Shown here one piece after another: positions 8,302 through 16,284 of a stretch of 64,000 nucleotides of DNA. The translations under genes and the position numbers were made by a program. Numbering within the stretch: the stretch's first letter is position 1; every line of letters begins with the position of its first letter. The stretch comes from Parvularcula sp. (GTDB lineage Bacteria; Pseudomonadota; Alphaproteobacteria; Caulobacterales; Parvularculaceae), in the NCBI GenBank assembly GCA_002704915.1, contig PAIP01000034.1:5827-69826 (forward strand), given 5' to 3'. A model generated the notes under the pieces. The model saw only the letters and a program-made list of their open reading frames with translations. It ran no database searches and was not told the DNA's origin.

Positions 8302-9980
8302 ATATCGACCTCGCGGCATATGGGCGGGTTGCGGAAGACTACGCGCGCGGCGTTGCGTCGGGTGAAATCCCGGCCTGCAAGTGGCTGCGTCTCGCCGCGC
8401 AAGCGATGGTGCAGGATCTTGCACGTCAGGATGACGAGGCGTTCCCGTGGCGATTCGATGAACGGCGTGTCTGGCGCGCCTGCGTTTTCATCGAAAGCCT
8501 GCCCCATGTGAAAGGCTCATGGGCCGCGCGACGCGAGCTGATGCGCCTGCAGCCTTGGCAAATCTGGATCGTCGCGTCGCTGTTCGGCTGGGTGAGCAAG
8601 AAAACCGGACGCCGCCGTTACCGGCGGGCGCTGATTCTCGTTCCGCGCAAAAACGGAAAGAGCGCCCTTGCGGCCGCCATCGGCCTCTACATGCTTGCCG
8701 GCGACGGCGAGCACGGCGCCGAAGTTTTCGCCGGCGCAACCTCCGAGAAACAGGCCTTCGAAGTGTTTCGCCCGGCGCGCGCCATGGCGCAGCGGACGCC
8801 GCGAATGTGCCGACGTTTCAGTCTCGACCTTGGCGCAAAAAGCATCATCAGCGTCGAAAACGGCTCGCGCTTCGAACCGCTAATCGGCAAGCCCGGCGAC
8901 GGCGCGTCGCCTTCCTGCGCGATCATCGATGAATATCACGAGCATCCGGACGATTCGCTCGTCGAGACGATGCGGACCGGCATGGGTGCGCGCGATGAGC
9001 CGTTGCTGCTGATGATCTCGACTGCCGGCGACAATATCGGCGGACCCTGTTACCAGGCGATGCTTGATGCGCGTCACGTCCTCGAGGGAAGCGAGAAGGA
9101 TGACGGCCTTTTCGCTGCGCTCTATGGCCTCGACGATGATGACGACTGGACGGCGGAAGCCTCGCTGAAAAAGGCGAACCCGAATTTCGGCGTTTCGGTG
9201 TCCGCGGAATTTCTCGCTCAGGAGCGCGCCGATGCGCTGGCGAACGCCCGGCGCCAGGCGGTGTTTCAGGTGAAGCACCTCAACCGCTGGGTTGGCTCGC
9301 GCGCCGCGTTTTTCAATATGGAAAACTGGCGGCGCTGCGCTGATGACGCGCTTTCGCTCGATGCCTACCAAGGCAAGCGCTGCTATCTCGGCCTAGACCT
9401 CGCTTCGAAAAACGATCTCGCCGCCATCGGTCTCGTCTTCCCCCGTGACGACGGAACGCATGCGCTGTTCGCGCGCTACTATGCGCCGGAGGATGCGCTG
9501 CGCGGCCCCAATGGCGGGCGCTATCGACCATGGGTCGCGGAAAAGCGGCTCACGCTCACCGATGGCGCGATGATCGATCATGACCGCATCGGCCGAGATA
9601 TTCGCGACATGATGCGGCGTTTCGACGTTGCGAAGCTTGCTTTCGATCCATGGAATGCGACGGCGTTGATCACGCGCTTGATGAATGACGGCGCGCCCGC
9701 GCTCGAATTTCGCCAGTCCACAAAGAACTATTCCGAAGGGATGAAGACACTCGCTGCTGCGATTGATGATCGCAAGGTGATCCACGAAGGCGACGCGGCT
9801 CTTGCCTGGCAATTCGGCAATGTGACCGCGAAGCCGGACGCCGCCGATAACGTATATCCGCGCAAGGAAACCCCGGAATCGAAAATCGACGGCGCGATCG
9901 CCGTGCTCATGGCCTATTGCGTCGCCATCGCCGAAGAGGGGACGGCGTGCGCTCCCCTCGTGTTCTCTATTGCTGTCTGA
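8298..9980 (+). CDS. terminase large subunit
   Basis: A 560-aa protein with a Walker A-like VPRKNGKS motif, the IIDEYHE Walker B/coupling motif and a Terminase_1-type layout. Confidence 0.92.
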   Translation: MNIDLAAYGRVAEDYARGVASGEIPACKWLRLAAQAMVQDLARQDDEAFPWRFDERRVWRACVFIESLPHVKGSWAARRELMRLQPWQIWIVASLFGWVSKKTGRRRYRRALILVPRKNGKSALAAAIGLYMLAGDGEHGAEVFAGATSEKQAFEVFRPARAMAQRTPRMCRRFSLDLGAKSIISVENGSRFEPLIGKPGDGASPSCAIIDEYHEHPDDSLVETMRTGMGARDEPLLLMISTAGDNIGGPCYQAMLDARHVLEGSEKDDGLFAALYGLDDDDDWTAEASLKKANPNFGVSVSAEFLAQERADALANARRQAVFQVKHLNRWVGSRAAFFNMENWRRCADDALSLDAYQGKRCYLGLDLASKNDLAAIGLVFPRDDGTHALFARYYAPEDALRGPNGGRYRPWVAEKRLTLTDGAMIDHDRIGRDIRDMMRRFDVAKLAFDPWNATALITRLMNDGAPALEFRQSTKNYSEGMKTLAAAIDDRKVIHEGDAALAWQFGNVTAKPDAADNVYPRKETPESKIDGAIAVLMAYCVAIAEEGTACAPLVFSIAV

Positions 9981-9990
9981 AAGGAATCCT

Positions 9991-10662
9991 ATGCCGCTCG
10001 CCGAAGTTGAAATCACCGATGATCCGTACACGACTTACATGCTGACCGACGCAGAACTCAAGGCAGCGGCCGCGCTGAAAGGGTTAGAAACGACAACCCT
10101 TGCCCAGCTTGCCCGCATTGGAGAGGGCGTTGTCGAAGCGATCTTGAACGCGCCGCAGGATGTAGAGGGAAACCGCCATCTCGCTAGGGCGAGCTATCGC
10201 GAAACGATCACTTTTGATCGCGACCGCCAGCACTACACGCTGGCGCGGCCTCCGGTGACGCTGACGGCGGTGACGCTCGACGGCATGGATCTCGAATTTG
10301 ACGAGCTGAGCCTTCATCCCTCGACGGGCCTTATCAGCCCGAAAAGCGGTATTTGGCCGTGTGGCGCGAAAGCGGTGTTCGAATATGCCGGAGGCTGGCG
10401 CACGCCCGCCCAGGCGGCCCAAGGCGCTGCCGCGAATTACGGGCCCGGCATGCCGTCGGCGATCATCCAGGCGGCCGTGCGCGGCGCGCAGATCGCCTAT
10501 TCGAGCCTTTGCCGCGAGGATCTTGGGGTGCGGTCATCCCGCGAGGCCGATGACGATGCCGGCGCCATCGAAACGGTCTACGCCGCGCCGCCGGCGCAAG
10601 CGGGGCAGGATGCCGAGATTTTCCGGTTGCTGGCGCCATGGCGGCGACTCGTTCTTTCATAG
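9991..10662 (+). CDS. putative head-tail connector/adaptor (gp6-like N-terminus)
   Basis: The position after TerL and the N-terminal segment (YMLTDAELKAAAALKGLETTT...EAIL...GNRHLARASYRETI) resemble gp6-type connector proteins. This is inferred only. The ORF could start at 9970. Confidence 0.45.
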   Translation: MPLAEVEITDDPYTTYMLTDAELKAAAALKGLETTTLAQLARIGEGVVEAILNAPQDVEGNRHLARASYRETITFDRDRQHYTLARPPVTLTAVTLDGMDLEFDELSLHPSTGLISPKSGIWPCGAKAVFEYAGGWRTPAQAAQGAAANYGPGMPSAIIQAAVRGAQIAYSSLCREDLGVRSSREADDDAGAIETVYAAPPAQAGQDAEIFRLLAPWRRLVLS

Positions 10663-10671
10663 GGGGGCGGT

Positions 10672-10899
10672 ATGAACGCAGATCGACGGCGGCGGCTTGA
10701 GCGGGTCTATTGGTCGTGTGTCGCAAGGCGTCGAGGCGAAGACGCCTCGATGGTGCGGCTATATGATGGCGGCGATTCGCCCCTCGGCTTGTCGGAGGAA
10801 GATGATCAGCGCCGGCAGATGCTTCGCATTTTGCTCGATAGCATTGAGCGGGACGAACGGATGCAGGCAGGACTGGAGGGCGCGAATGATAACGCTTGA
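10672..10899 (+). CDS. hypothetical small protein (75 aa)
   Basis: The ORF is tightly packed after the connector-like gene, and its stop overlaps the next ATG at 10886. Confidence 0.4.
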   Translation: MNADRRRRLERVYWSCVARRRGEDASMVRLYDGGDSPLGLSEEDDQRRQMLRILLDSIERDERMQAGLEGANDNA

Positions 10900-11074
10900 G
10901 CGGCTGGAGCGGTCCATGGGAACGCTGGCGGCCATAATCGAAAAGCATGGCGACGCGGCATGGCCCATCTTCGAAAGGCTGGAGCGCGAGCGCGACGCAA
11001 TTCTCGACAAGAAAAAGCGCTTGCGCGAAGCGATTGAGCGGGCCGAGGATGTTCAAGGGAGCGTCACGACATGA
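10886..11074 (+). CDS. hypothetical small coiled-coil-like protein (62 aa)
   Basis: An internal ATG of ORF 10697..11074 overlaps the upstream gene. Its ATGA overlap with the next ORF suggests translational coupling. Confidence 0.4.
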   Translation: MITLERLERSMGTLAAIIEKHGDAAWPIFERLERERDAILDKKKRLREAIERAEDVQGSVTT

Positions 11075-11265
11075 CAGATAAGGAAACTGAGAACCCATTT
11101 TCGAAATTCAACCAAGAGCCAAGGGCAATCTTGCGCGATTACGCCGAACTCCTCACGGCGGATCTGAAAGACATGCAAACGAAAGAACTGGTCCAAGCGA
11201 AAGCTTCGATAGAGCGCTTTTTAAAGCATGTTGATGCGGAGCTAGAGCGCCGAAAAGCACGCTGA
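11071..11265 (+). CDS. hypothetical small protein (64 aa), start of the AT-rich segment
   Basis: An ORF with an ATGA overlap to the upstream gene. Its composition is visibly AT-richer than the flanks. Confidence 0.4.
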   Translation: MTDKETENPFSKFNQEPRAILRDYAELLTADLKDMQTKELVQAKASIERFLKHVDAELERRKAR

Positions 11266-11343
11266 TTCACGGCCTTTGAAATGAAGCTGCGCCAACCACA
11301 CTCATTTGACTCACAAGAAAAGCCGTCCTCATGCTCGAAAAAT

Positions 11344-11712
11344 ATGAGCATTAGCGAATTAGAAAGCTACGCAGAGGCAATTAACAGCGCATACGCAAGA
11401 GCTGTGTCCGGTGTCATCGGGGCCGCATGCCATCTAAATGAGGCGAAGAAATCGCTAGCTCATGGGCAGTGGATTCCATTCTGTGAATTATTAGGACTGT
11501 CTCGTTTTCGGGCTGCGAAGCTGATCAAAATTGGATCGCACTTAGGCCTTCGAGCTTCTAAAAACGCCCGCTTCCTGCCTATTGATGAGGAAGTATTGTA
11601 TATCTTGGCGCAAATGTCCCTCTCAGATTTTGAGGAGGCGCTTGCAAAGAGCGCAATTACTCCAAAGTTGACGCGTGCTGCCGCAATACGTTTACGAGAC
11701 GGCTCCGCATAA
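11344..11712 (+). CDS. hypothetical protein, DUF3102-like (phage/plasmid-associated)
   Basis: LAHGQWIPFCELLGLSRFRAAKLIKIG resembles the HGxW..W/F...g.s.rtA core of DUF3102 proteins, from memory only. The ORF opens at 11281, and ATG 11344 is preferred. Confidence 0.45.
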   Translation: MSISELESYAEAINSAYARAVSGVIGAACHLNEAKKSLAHGQWIPFCELLGLSRFRAAKLIKIGSHLGLRASKNARFLPIDEEVLYILAQMSLSDFEEALAKSAITPKLTRAAAIRLRDGSA

Positions 11713-11784
11713 AAACTCAAATGTGTGAAATCAAGGGTCTCCGAACCCTGCCCACGATGCCCCCAGTATCAACTGGAGGCTTAT

Positions 11785-13050
11785 GTGACCCTGCGAGAAC
11801 TGAGAGAAAAACGCGCATCCATCGTCGCCGAGATGAGGGCCCTCAACGACAATCCGGAGGGCGAGGCGGGCGACCTTTCCGAACCTCAATCCAAACGATT
11901 CGATATTCTAAAGGGCGAGCTACAGCTCGTCGAAAAATCCGAAGAGCGCCAGCGCCTCGTTGACGAGGCGGACCGGCGCGCCGATGGCCGCCAGATCACC
12001 GGCGACGCCGATGCGGACTTCGACCGCGAATGCCGGTCATTCTCGCTCACGCGCGCCATCGCCGGCGCCGCCGGCCTCGATGTTGACGACGGCCGCGAAC
12101 GCGAAGTCGGCGCCGAGCTGAAACGCCGCGCCAAGGGTGCGTTCAAAGGCGTCGCCGTTCCCATGGCGGTTTTCGAAAAGCGCGTCATCACCACGGGCGC
12201 GCCCGTCGCCGGGCCCGGCGCCAACATCATCGCGACAGATTTCCGCGGCGATCAGTTTATCGACATTCTGCGCAACCAGTTGGTCACGCAAAAGCTTGGC
12301 GCGACCGTTCTCTCCGGCCTTGTCGGCAATGTCGATATTCCGCGGCTGAAAGCTTCGGCGGCGACGGGCTGGGTCGCAGAAAACGACGCCATCACGCCCA
12401 GCGATCAGCAATATGACAAGGTGTCCATGACGCCGAAACATGTGGGCTGCATCACTGAGTTCAGCCGCAATATGCTGATGCAGTCGACGCCTGACATTGA
12501 ACAATTGATCCGCAGCGACTTTGCGCAAGTCCTCGCCCAGGCGCTTGATGCTGCCGCGCTTGTCGGCGGCGGCTCGAATGAGCCGGACGGCATTCTCGCC
12601 ACAAGCGGCGTTGATACGTCTGTGTCCTTTGCCACGCCAAGCTGGGACGCCGTGCTCGACCTCATCAACATCGTTGATGAGGCGAACGCCATGGGTACCG
12701 GCTTCGCCATGCGCCCGCTGGCGGCGACGACCCTGCGCAAAACGCCGAAAGTCGATTCGACCGATAGTGTCATGGTCATGGAAAGCCCCGATAGTCTTGC
12801 GGGCTATCCCGTGGCGCGTACGACGCAAGTCCCGATCACCAGCGGCACGCCCGACACGACGGCCGTGATCTTTGCTCATTGGCCTGATTTGCTTATCGGT
12901 TACTTCGGCGCACTCGACATTCTCGTGAACCCTTACGAGTCTACGGCGTACAGCAAGGGCAATGTCAGCGTGCGCGGCATGCTGACGGCGGACATTCAGT
13001 TGCGCCATGTCGAAAGCTTCGCCGCCGCTGACGATTTTCCGGCGGAGTAA
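11785..13050 (+). CDS. HK97-family major capsid protein
   Basis: GGAGG lies 5 nt before GTG 11785. The N-terminus VTLRELREKRASIVAEMRALND and the overall layout are typical of the HK97 MCP delta-domain plus capsid fold. The ORF track opens at 11725. Confidence 0.9.
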   Translation: MTLRELREKRASIVAEMRALNDNPEGEAGDLSEPQSKRFDILKGELQLVEKSEERQRLVDEADRRADGRQITGDADADFDRECRSFSLTRAIAGAAGLDVDDGREREVGAELKRRAKGAFKGVAVPMAVFEKRVITTGAPVAGPGANIIATDFRGDQFIDILRNQLVTQKLGATVLSGLVGNVDIPRLKASAATGWVAENDAITPSDQQYDKVSMTPKHVGCITEFSRNMLMQSTPDIEQLIRSDFAQVLAQALDAAALVGGGSNEPDGILATSGVDTSVSFATPSWDAVLDLINIVDEANAMGTGFAMRPLAATTLRKTPKVDSTDSVMVMESPDSLAGYPVARTTQVPITSGTPDTTAVIFAHWPDLLIGYFGALDILVNPYESTAYSKGNVSVRGMLTADIQLRHVESFAAADDFPAE

Positions 13051-13055
13051 GAACG

Positions 13056-13592
13056 GTGACAGGCGCGCTTCAAAAGCGCTTCGCCGCGGAAATCCGCGCG
13101 GAAACCCGCGGCGGCGCCCGGCGTCTCGTCGGCTACGCCGCCCGTTACGGCGTCATCGCCGACATTGGCCCGTTCAAAGAGCGTATTTCTCCAGGCGCCT
13201 TTGCGGGTTCGGTCGAGGGGGGCGAGGATATTCTCGCCCTCCTCGATCACGACGCCTCGCGCGTGCTCGGACGCACGCGATCCAAAACGCTCACGCTTTC
13301 CGATGATGAGCGCGGTCTTTATTTCGAGATTGCAGCGCCGGACACAACGGCCGGCCGCGATGCGCTCGCGCTGGCGGAGCGCGGCGATCTCGGCGGCGCA
13401 AGCATCGGTTTCATTGTCGAAGAGGAAGCCCGCGACGGCGACGTGCGCGTCGTCAAGCGCGCGCGGCTTCTTGAAATTTCAGTTGTCTCGGCATGGCCAG
13501 CCTATGCCGAAACGACTGTAGAGGCGCGGCGCCTCGTCGCTGAGCATAAGCCGCGCCTCAACTCTCTCAGGCGCTTCCTGGAGACGGTGTAG
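13056..13592 (+). CDS. HK97-family prohead protease
   Basis: RRLVGYAARYGV...ERISPGAFA...ILALLDHD...VLGRT is typical of HK97 gp4-type (S78) proteases. Confidence 0.9.
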   Translation: MTGALQKRFAAEIRAETRGGARRLVGYAARYGVIADIGPFKERISPGAFAGSVEGGEDILALLDHDASRVLGRTRSKTLTLSDDERGLYFEIAAPDTTAGRDALALAERGDLGGASIGFIVEEEARDGDVRVVKRARLLEISVVSAWPAYAETTVEARRLVAEHKPRLNSLRRFLETV

Positions 13593-14819
13593 ATGGGGTT
13601 GCTGCGCCGCATAGCCGACAGGTTTGATCCACATGTCGAGCAACGGGCGGCGGTTGAGCCGTCATGGCAGGCGCTTGCCGGCGGCTCCGCTGACTGGACA
13701 GCATTGAAGGGCGCTGCGCCGATCCCGTTGACGCCGCGGCTCGCGGAAAATTTCGCGACGGTGACGGCTTGCGTTTCGGCCATCGCCCAGGCCATCGGTT
13801 CGCTGCCTGCATGGATCTATCGGCTCAACGATGACGGCCGCGAAGTCGATGACAAGCATGGCGTGGCGCGGCTGATCCGCGCTGGCGTCAATCAATATCA
13901 GTCCTGGCCGGAGTTTATCGAATGGCTGGTTTCGCAAGCTCTCTTGCACGGCAACGCCCTCGCTGAAATCAAAACGGACCGGAATGGCCGCGTGACCGAA
14001 CTGATGCCGCTGCCATGGCCGATGGTCACGGTTGTGCTGTTGCCGTCCGGGCGGCTTGCCTATGACGTTTCGGACATCAACACGCTATACGGCGGCACGG
14101 GGAAGGTGCGCCGGTTGCTTGATTCCGAAGTGCTGCATCTTCGCGACCGCACCGACGACGGCCTTGTCGGCCGCTCCCGTCTTTCACGCTGCGCCGGCGC
14201 AATTCGCCTTGGCCTGACCATGAGCGCTTTTTCGGAAACGCTCTATGACAATCGCGCAACGCCGTCTGGTGTGCTTTCGACGGATCAAACATTGTCGCCG
14301 GAACAGGGTGAAGCGTTGCGCGCCGCGGTACGAGAAGGCTGGCGCGGCGTTCGAAACGCCGGCGAACTTCTTGTCATGTCGAGCGGTCTCAAATTCACGC
14401 CGCTCACGATCTCGCCGGAAGATGCGGAACTGTTGTCGGCGCGGCGCTTTTCGACAGAAGAGGTCGCGCGGCTTTATCAGGTGCCGCCCCCGATCATCGG
14501 GATTTGGGACCATTCGACGTTCACAAATTCGGAGACGGCCGGCCGATGGTTCGCGCAGTTCACGCTATCGCCATGGATCCGCAAACTCGAAGAAGCCTTC
14601 CGGCGTTCGGTCTTTTCGTATTCGACGAAAACGACGCATGAGCTCGAAATCGATCTTTCCGGCTTCCTCCGGGGCGACGCCGAAGCGCGCTGGAAAGCCC
14701 ATGAAATCGCCGTCCGCAACAAAATCCTGACAACTGAGGAGGTGCGCGAGGTTGAAGGCTGGAACCCGCGGGGAGATAGCGCTGAGACTACGCCGGAAGG
14801 TGCGGAGACTGATCGGTGA
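13593..14819 (+). CDS. HK97-family portal protein
   Basis: A 408-aa protein with SLPAWIYR...HGNALAEI...SGVL...LSPEDAELLSARRF...EVARLYQVPP, which is typical of HK97-type portals. Confidence 0.9.
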   Translation: MGLLRRIADRFDPHVEQRAAVEPSWQALAGGSADWTALKGAAPIPLTPRLAENFATVTACVSAIAQAIGSLPAWIYRLNDDGREVDDKHGVARLIRAGVNQYQSWPEFIEWLVSQALLHGNALAEIKTDRNGRVTELMPLPWPMVTVVLLPSGRLAYDVSDINTLYGGTGKVRRLLDSEVLHLRDRTDDGLVGRSRLSRCAGAIRLGLTMSAFSETLYDNRATPSGVLSTDQTLSPEQGEALRAAVREGWRGVRNAGELLVMSSGLKFTPLTISPEDAELLSARRFSTEEVARLYQVPPPIIGIWDHSTFTNSETAGRWFAQFTLSPWIRKLEEAFRRSVFSYSTKTTHELEIDLSGFLRGDAEARWKAHEIAVRNKILTTEEVREVEGWNPRGDSAETTPEGAETDR

Positions 14820-15157
14820 GCGGTGTGCCTGTGCTTCCTGCGCTCTTGACGGAAAAGGAGGCTGCGGCGAGACTCCGCATTCACTTGGCCACGCTGCAAA
14901 GAATCCGGCGCCGTGGAGAAATCCGGTTCAAGCGCGTGGGACGTTCGATCCGTTATCGAGAAGATTGGCTTGCGGAATATGTTGAGCGTGACTCATGTCC
15001 AGAAATGACAAACCCGGTCAGTTCGGAGAATACTGGCTTTCACAGCGCTCAGGTTCGGAAAATTGGTATCGCACCTGGTACGAGCGGACTGCATCCGGCG
15101 ATAGACGCACAAAGCGCGAAAGCCTTGGCGTTGCAGACTTTGAGGAAGCCAAGCTAA
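14816..15157 (+). CDS. Xis/AlpA-like helix-turn-helix DNA-binding protein
   Basis: LLTEKEAAARLRIHLATLQRIRRRGEIRFKRVGRSIRY is an MerR/excisionase-type HTH. The GTGA start overlaps the portal stop. The ORF tail runs 163 nt into int in another frame. Confidence 0.6.
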   Translation: MSGVPVLPALLTEKEAAARLRIHLATLQRIRRRGEIRFKRVGRSIRYREDWLAEYVERDSCPEMTNPVSSENTGFHSAQVRKIGIAPGTSGLHPAIDAQSAKALALQTLRKPS

Positions 15158-16176
15158 AGCTCGCGCAATGGGTGATTTCTTTTGGGAAAACCGGCAAGCA
15201 GCGCGCAGAGGAAGTCTATCTCGGTCAGATTTTTCAGCGCTATTGGGTGCAGCACGCGCGACATCTTGGTGGCAAAGGCGCGGGTGTTCAGCGTAGGAAT
15301 CTTGAAGTGCTGACTGAATGTGTCGGCGATCTACCCGTCGCGGATTTCAAGCTGGCGCGTCAGCGCGAGCTAGTTGAGCATTTGCGAAGCGAACGCGAAT
15401 ATTCGACGGGATATATCCGCCGGATATTTTCCGCCGGTTTTGCGGCGATAAATTGGGCTTTCAAGAATGAAGAAATCGACAGGCCCATTCCAGCGTTGTC
15501 GCTCCCTGACAGCCCCCCAAAAGAGTATGTGGCGTCGATCGATGTTCTCGCGGCCTTTTGGGATTATCCAAAGCCCGATTATTTGCAGATGTATTACGTG
15601 TTGGCGCTCGCGACAGGTGCGCGGCCTAGCTCAATCGTCGCTCTTACAAAATTCCAATGCGATATTGACCGGAAGCTGATCAACCTCAATCCGCCCGATC
15701 ACGCTGAAACGAATAAGCGGCGACCCGTTGTGCCTATGTGCTCAACGGTGAAGCCGTGGATCGAAGCCTGTAAGACCGGGCCGCTTGTGACATCGAACGG
15801 ACGCACGTCGCTGGAAGACATTTTTGCGCCGTGGCGTCGGTTCAAACGCGAGGCGGGCCTTCCGGAGGCTTTCACACCCGCTTGCATTCGTCATACGGTC
15901 GCATCGGAATTGCGGCGGCGCGGCGTTCCCAAGTGGGATGTTGAAGGCCTGGGCGGATGGCGCAGCGGCGGCGGGCACACTGCCGAGCGTTACGCAAAGT
16001 ACGATCCGAACTATCTGAAAGCGGCGGTCGATGGAATTGACGCTCTGTTCGCTGACATTGCGAACGCCGCCGAAACAAGCTTATATCCACAGCGCGCGCC
16101 AGTTGCGCGCCAGTTGCCAGCGGAAGTGGTGGGCGCACGTGGTTTCGAACCACGGACCTCTACCATGTCAAGGTAG
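14995..16176 (+). CDS. int: tyrosine recombinase / phage integrase
   Basis: ARPSS...IRHTVASELRRRGV...GGWRSGGGHTAERYAKY carries the R..H-x-x-R..Y catalytic signature. The last 16 codons are encoded by the att/tRNA sequence. Confidence 0.9.
   Translation: MSRNDKPGQFGEYWLSQRSGSENWYRTWYERTASGDRRTKRESLGVADFEEAKLKLAQWVISFGKTGKQRAEEVYLGQIFQRYWVQHARHLGGKGAGVQRRNLEVLTECVGDLPVADFKLARQRELVEHLRSEREYSTGYIRRIFSAGFAAINWAFKNEEIDRPIPALSLPDSPPKEYVASIDVLAAFWDYPKPDYLQMYYVLALATGARPSSIVALTKFQCDIDRKLINLNPPDHAETNKRRPVVPMCSTVKPWIEACKTGPLVTSNGRTSLEDIFAPWRRFKREAGLPEAFTPACIRHTVASELRRRGVPKWDVEGLGGWRSGGGHTAERYAKYDPNYLKAAVDGIDALFADIANAAETSLYPQRAPVARQLPAEVVGARGFEPRTSTMSR
16123..16171. repeat. attR: 49-bp repeat forming the 3' part of the intact tRNA-Val
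   Basis: It is identical to 6134..6182. Confidence 0.9.
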
Positions 16177-16201
16177 CGCTCTACCCCTGAGCTATGCGCC
16201 C
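16127..16201 (-). tRNA. tRNA-Val (anticodon GAC), 75 nt with encoded CCA
   Basis: Hand-folded cloverleaf: GGGCGCA/TA/GCTC-AGGGGTA-GAGC/G/CTACC-TTGACAT-GGTAG/AGGTC/CGTGG-TTCGAAC-CCACG/TGCGCCC/A/CCA. Confidence 0.9.
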
Positions 16202-16284
16202 GAGGCGGGGTTGCCCCCGCATCGAAGGGACCGCTCTCTAACGGGAAAATCCGGAGCGCGCAAGCCTGTGTTCAGGCTTAAGGT

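Larger units (their letters stand above)
6134..16171 (+). mobile_element. Integrative phage-satellite-like island (capsid-forming PICI-like) or head-only prophage remnant in tRNA-Val
   Basis: The element is bounded by a 49-bp direct repeat with a tyrosine integrase next to the intact tRNA. All genes are co-directional. A packaging and procapsid module is present, but no tail or lysis genes. Confidence 0.75.
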
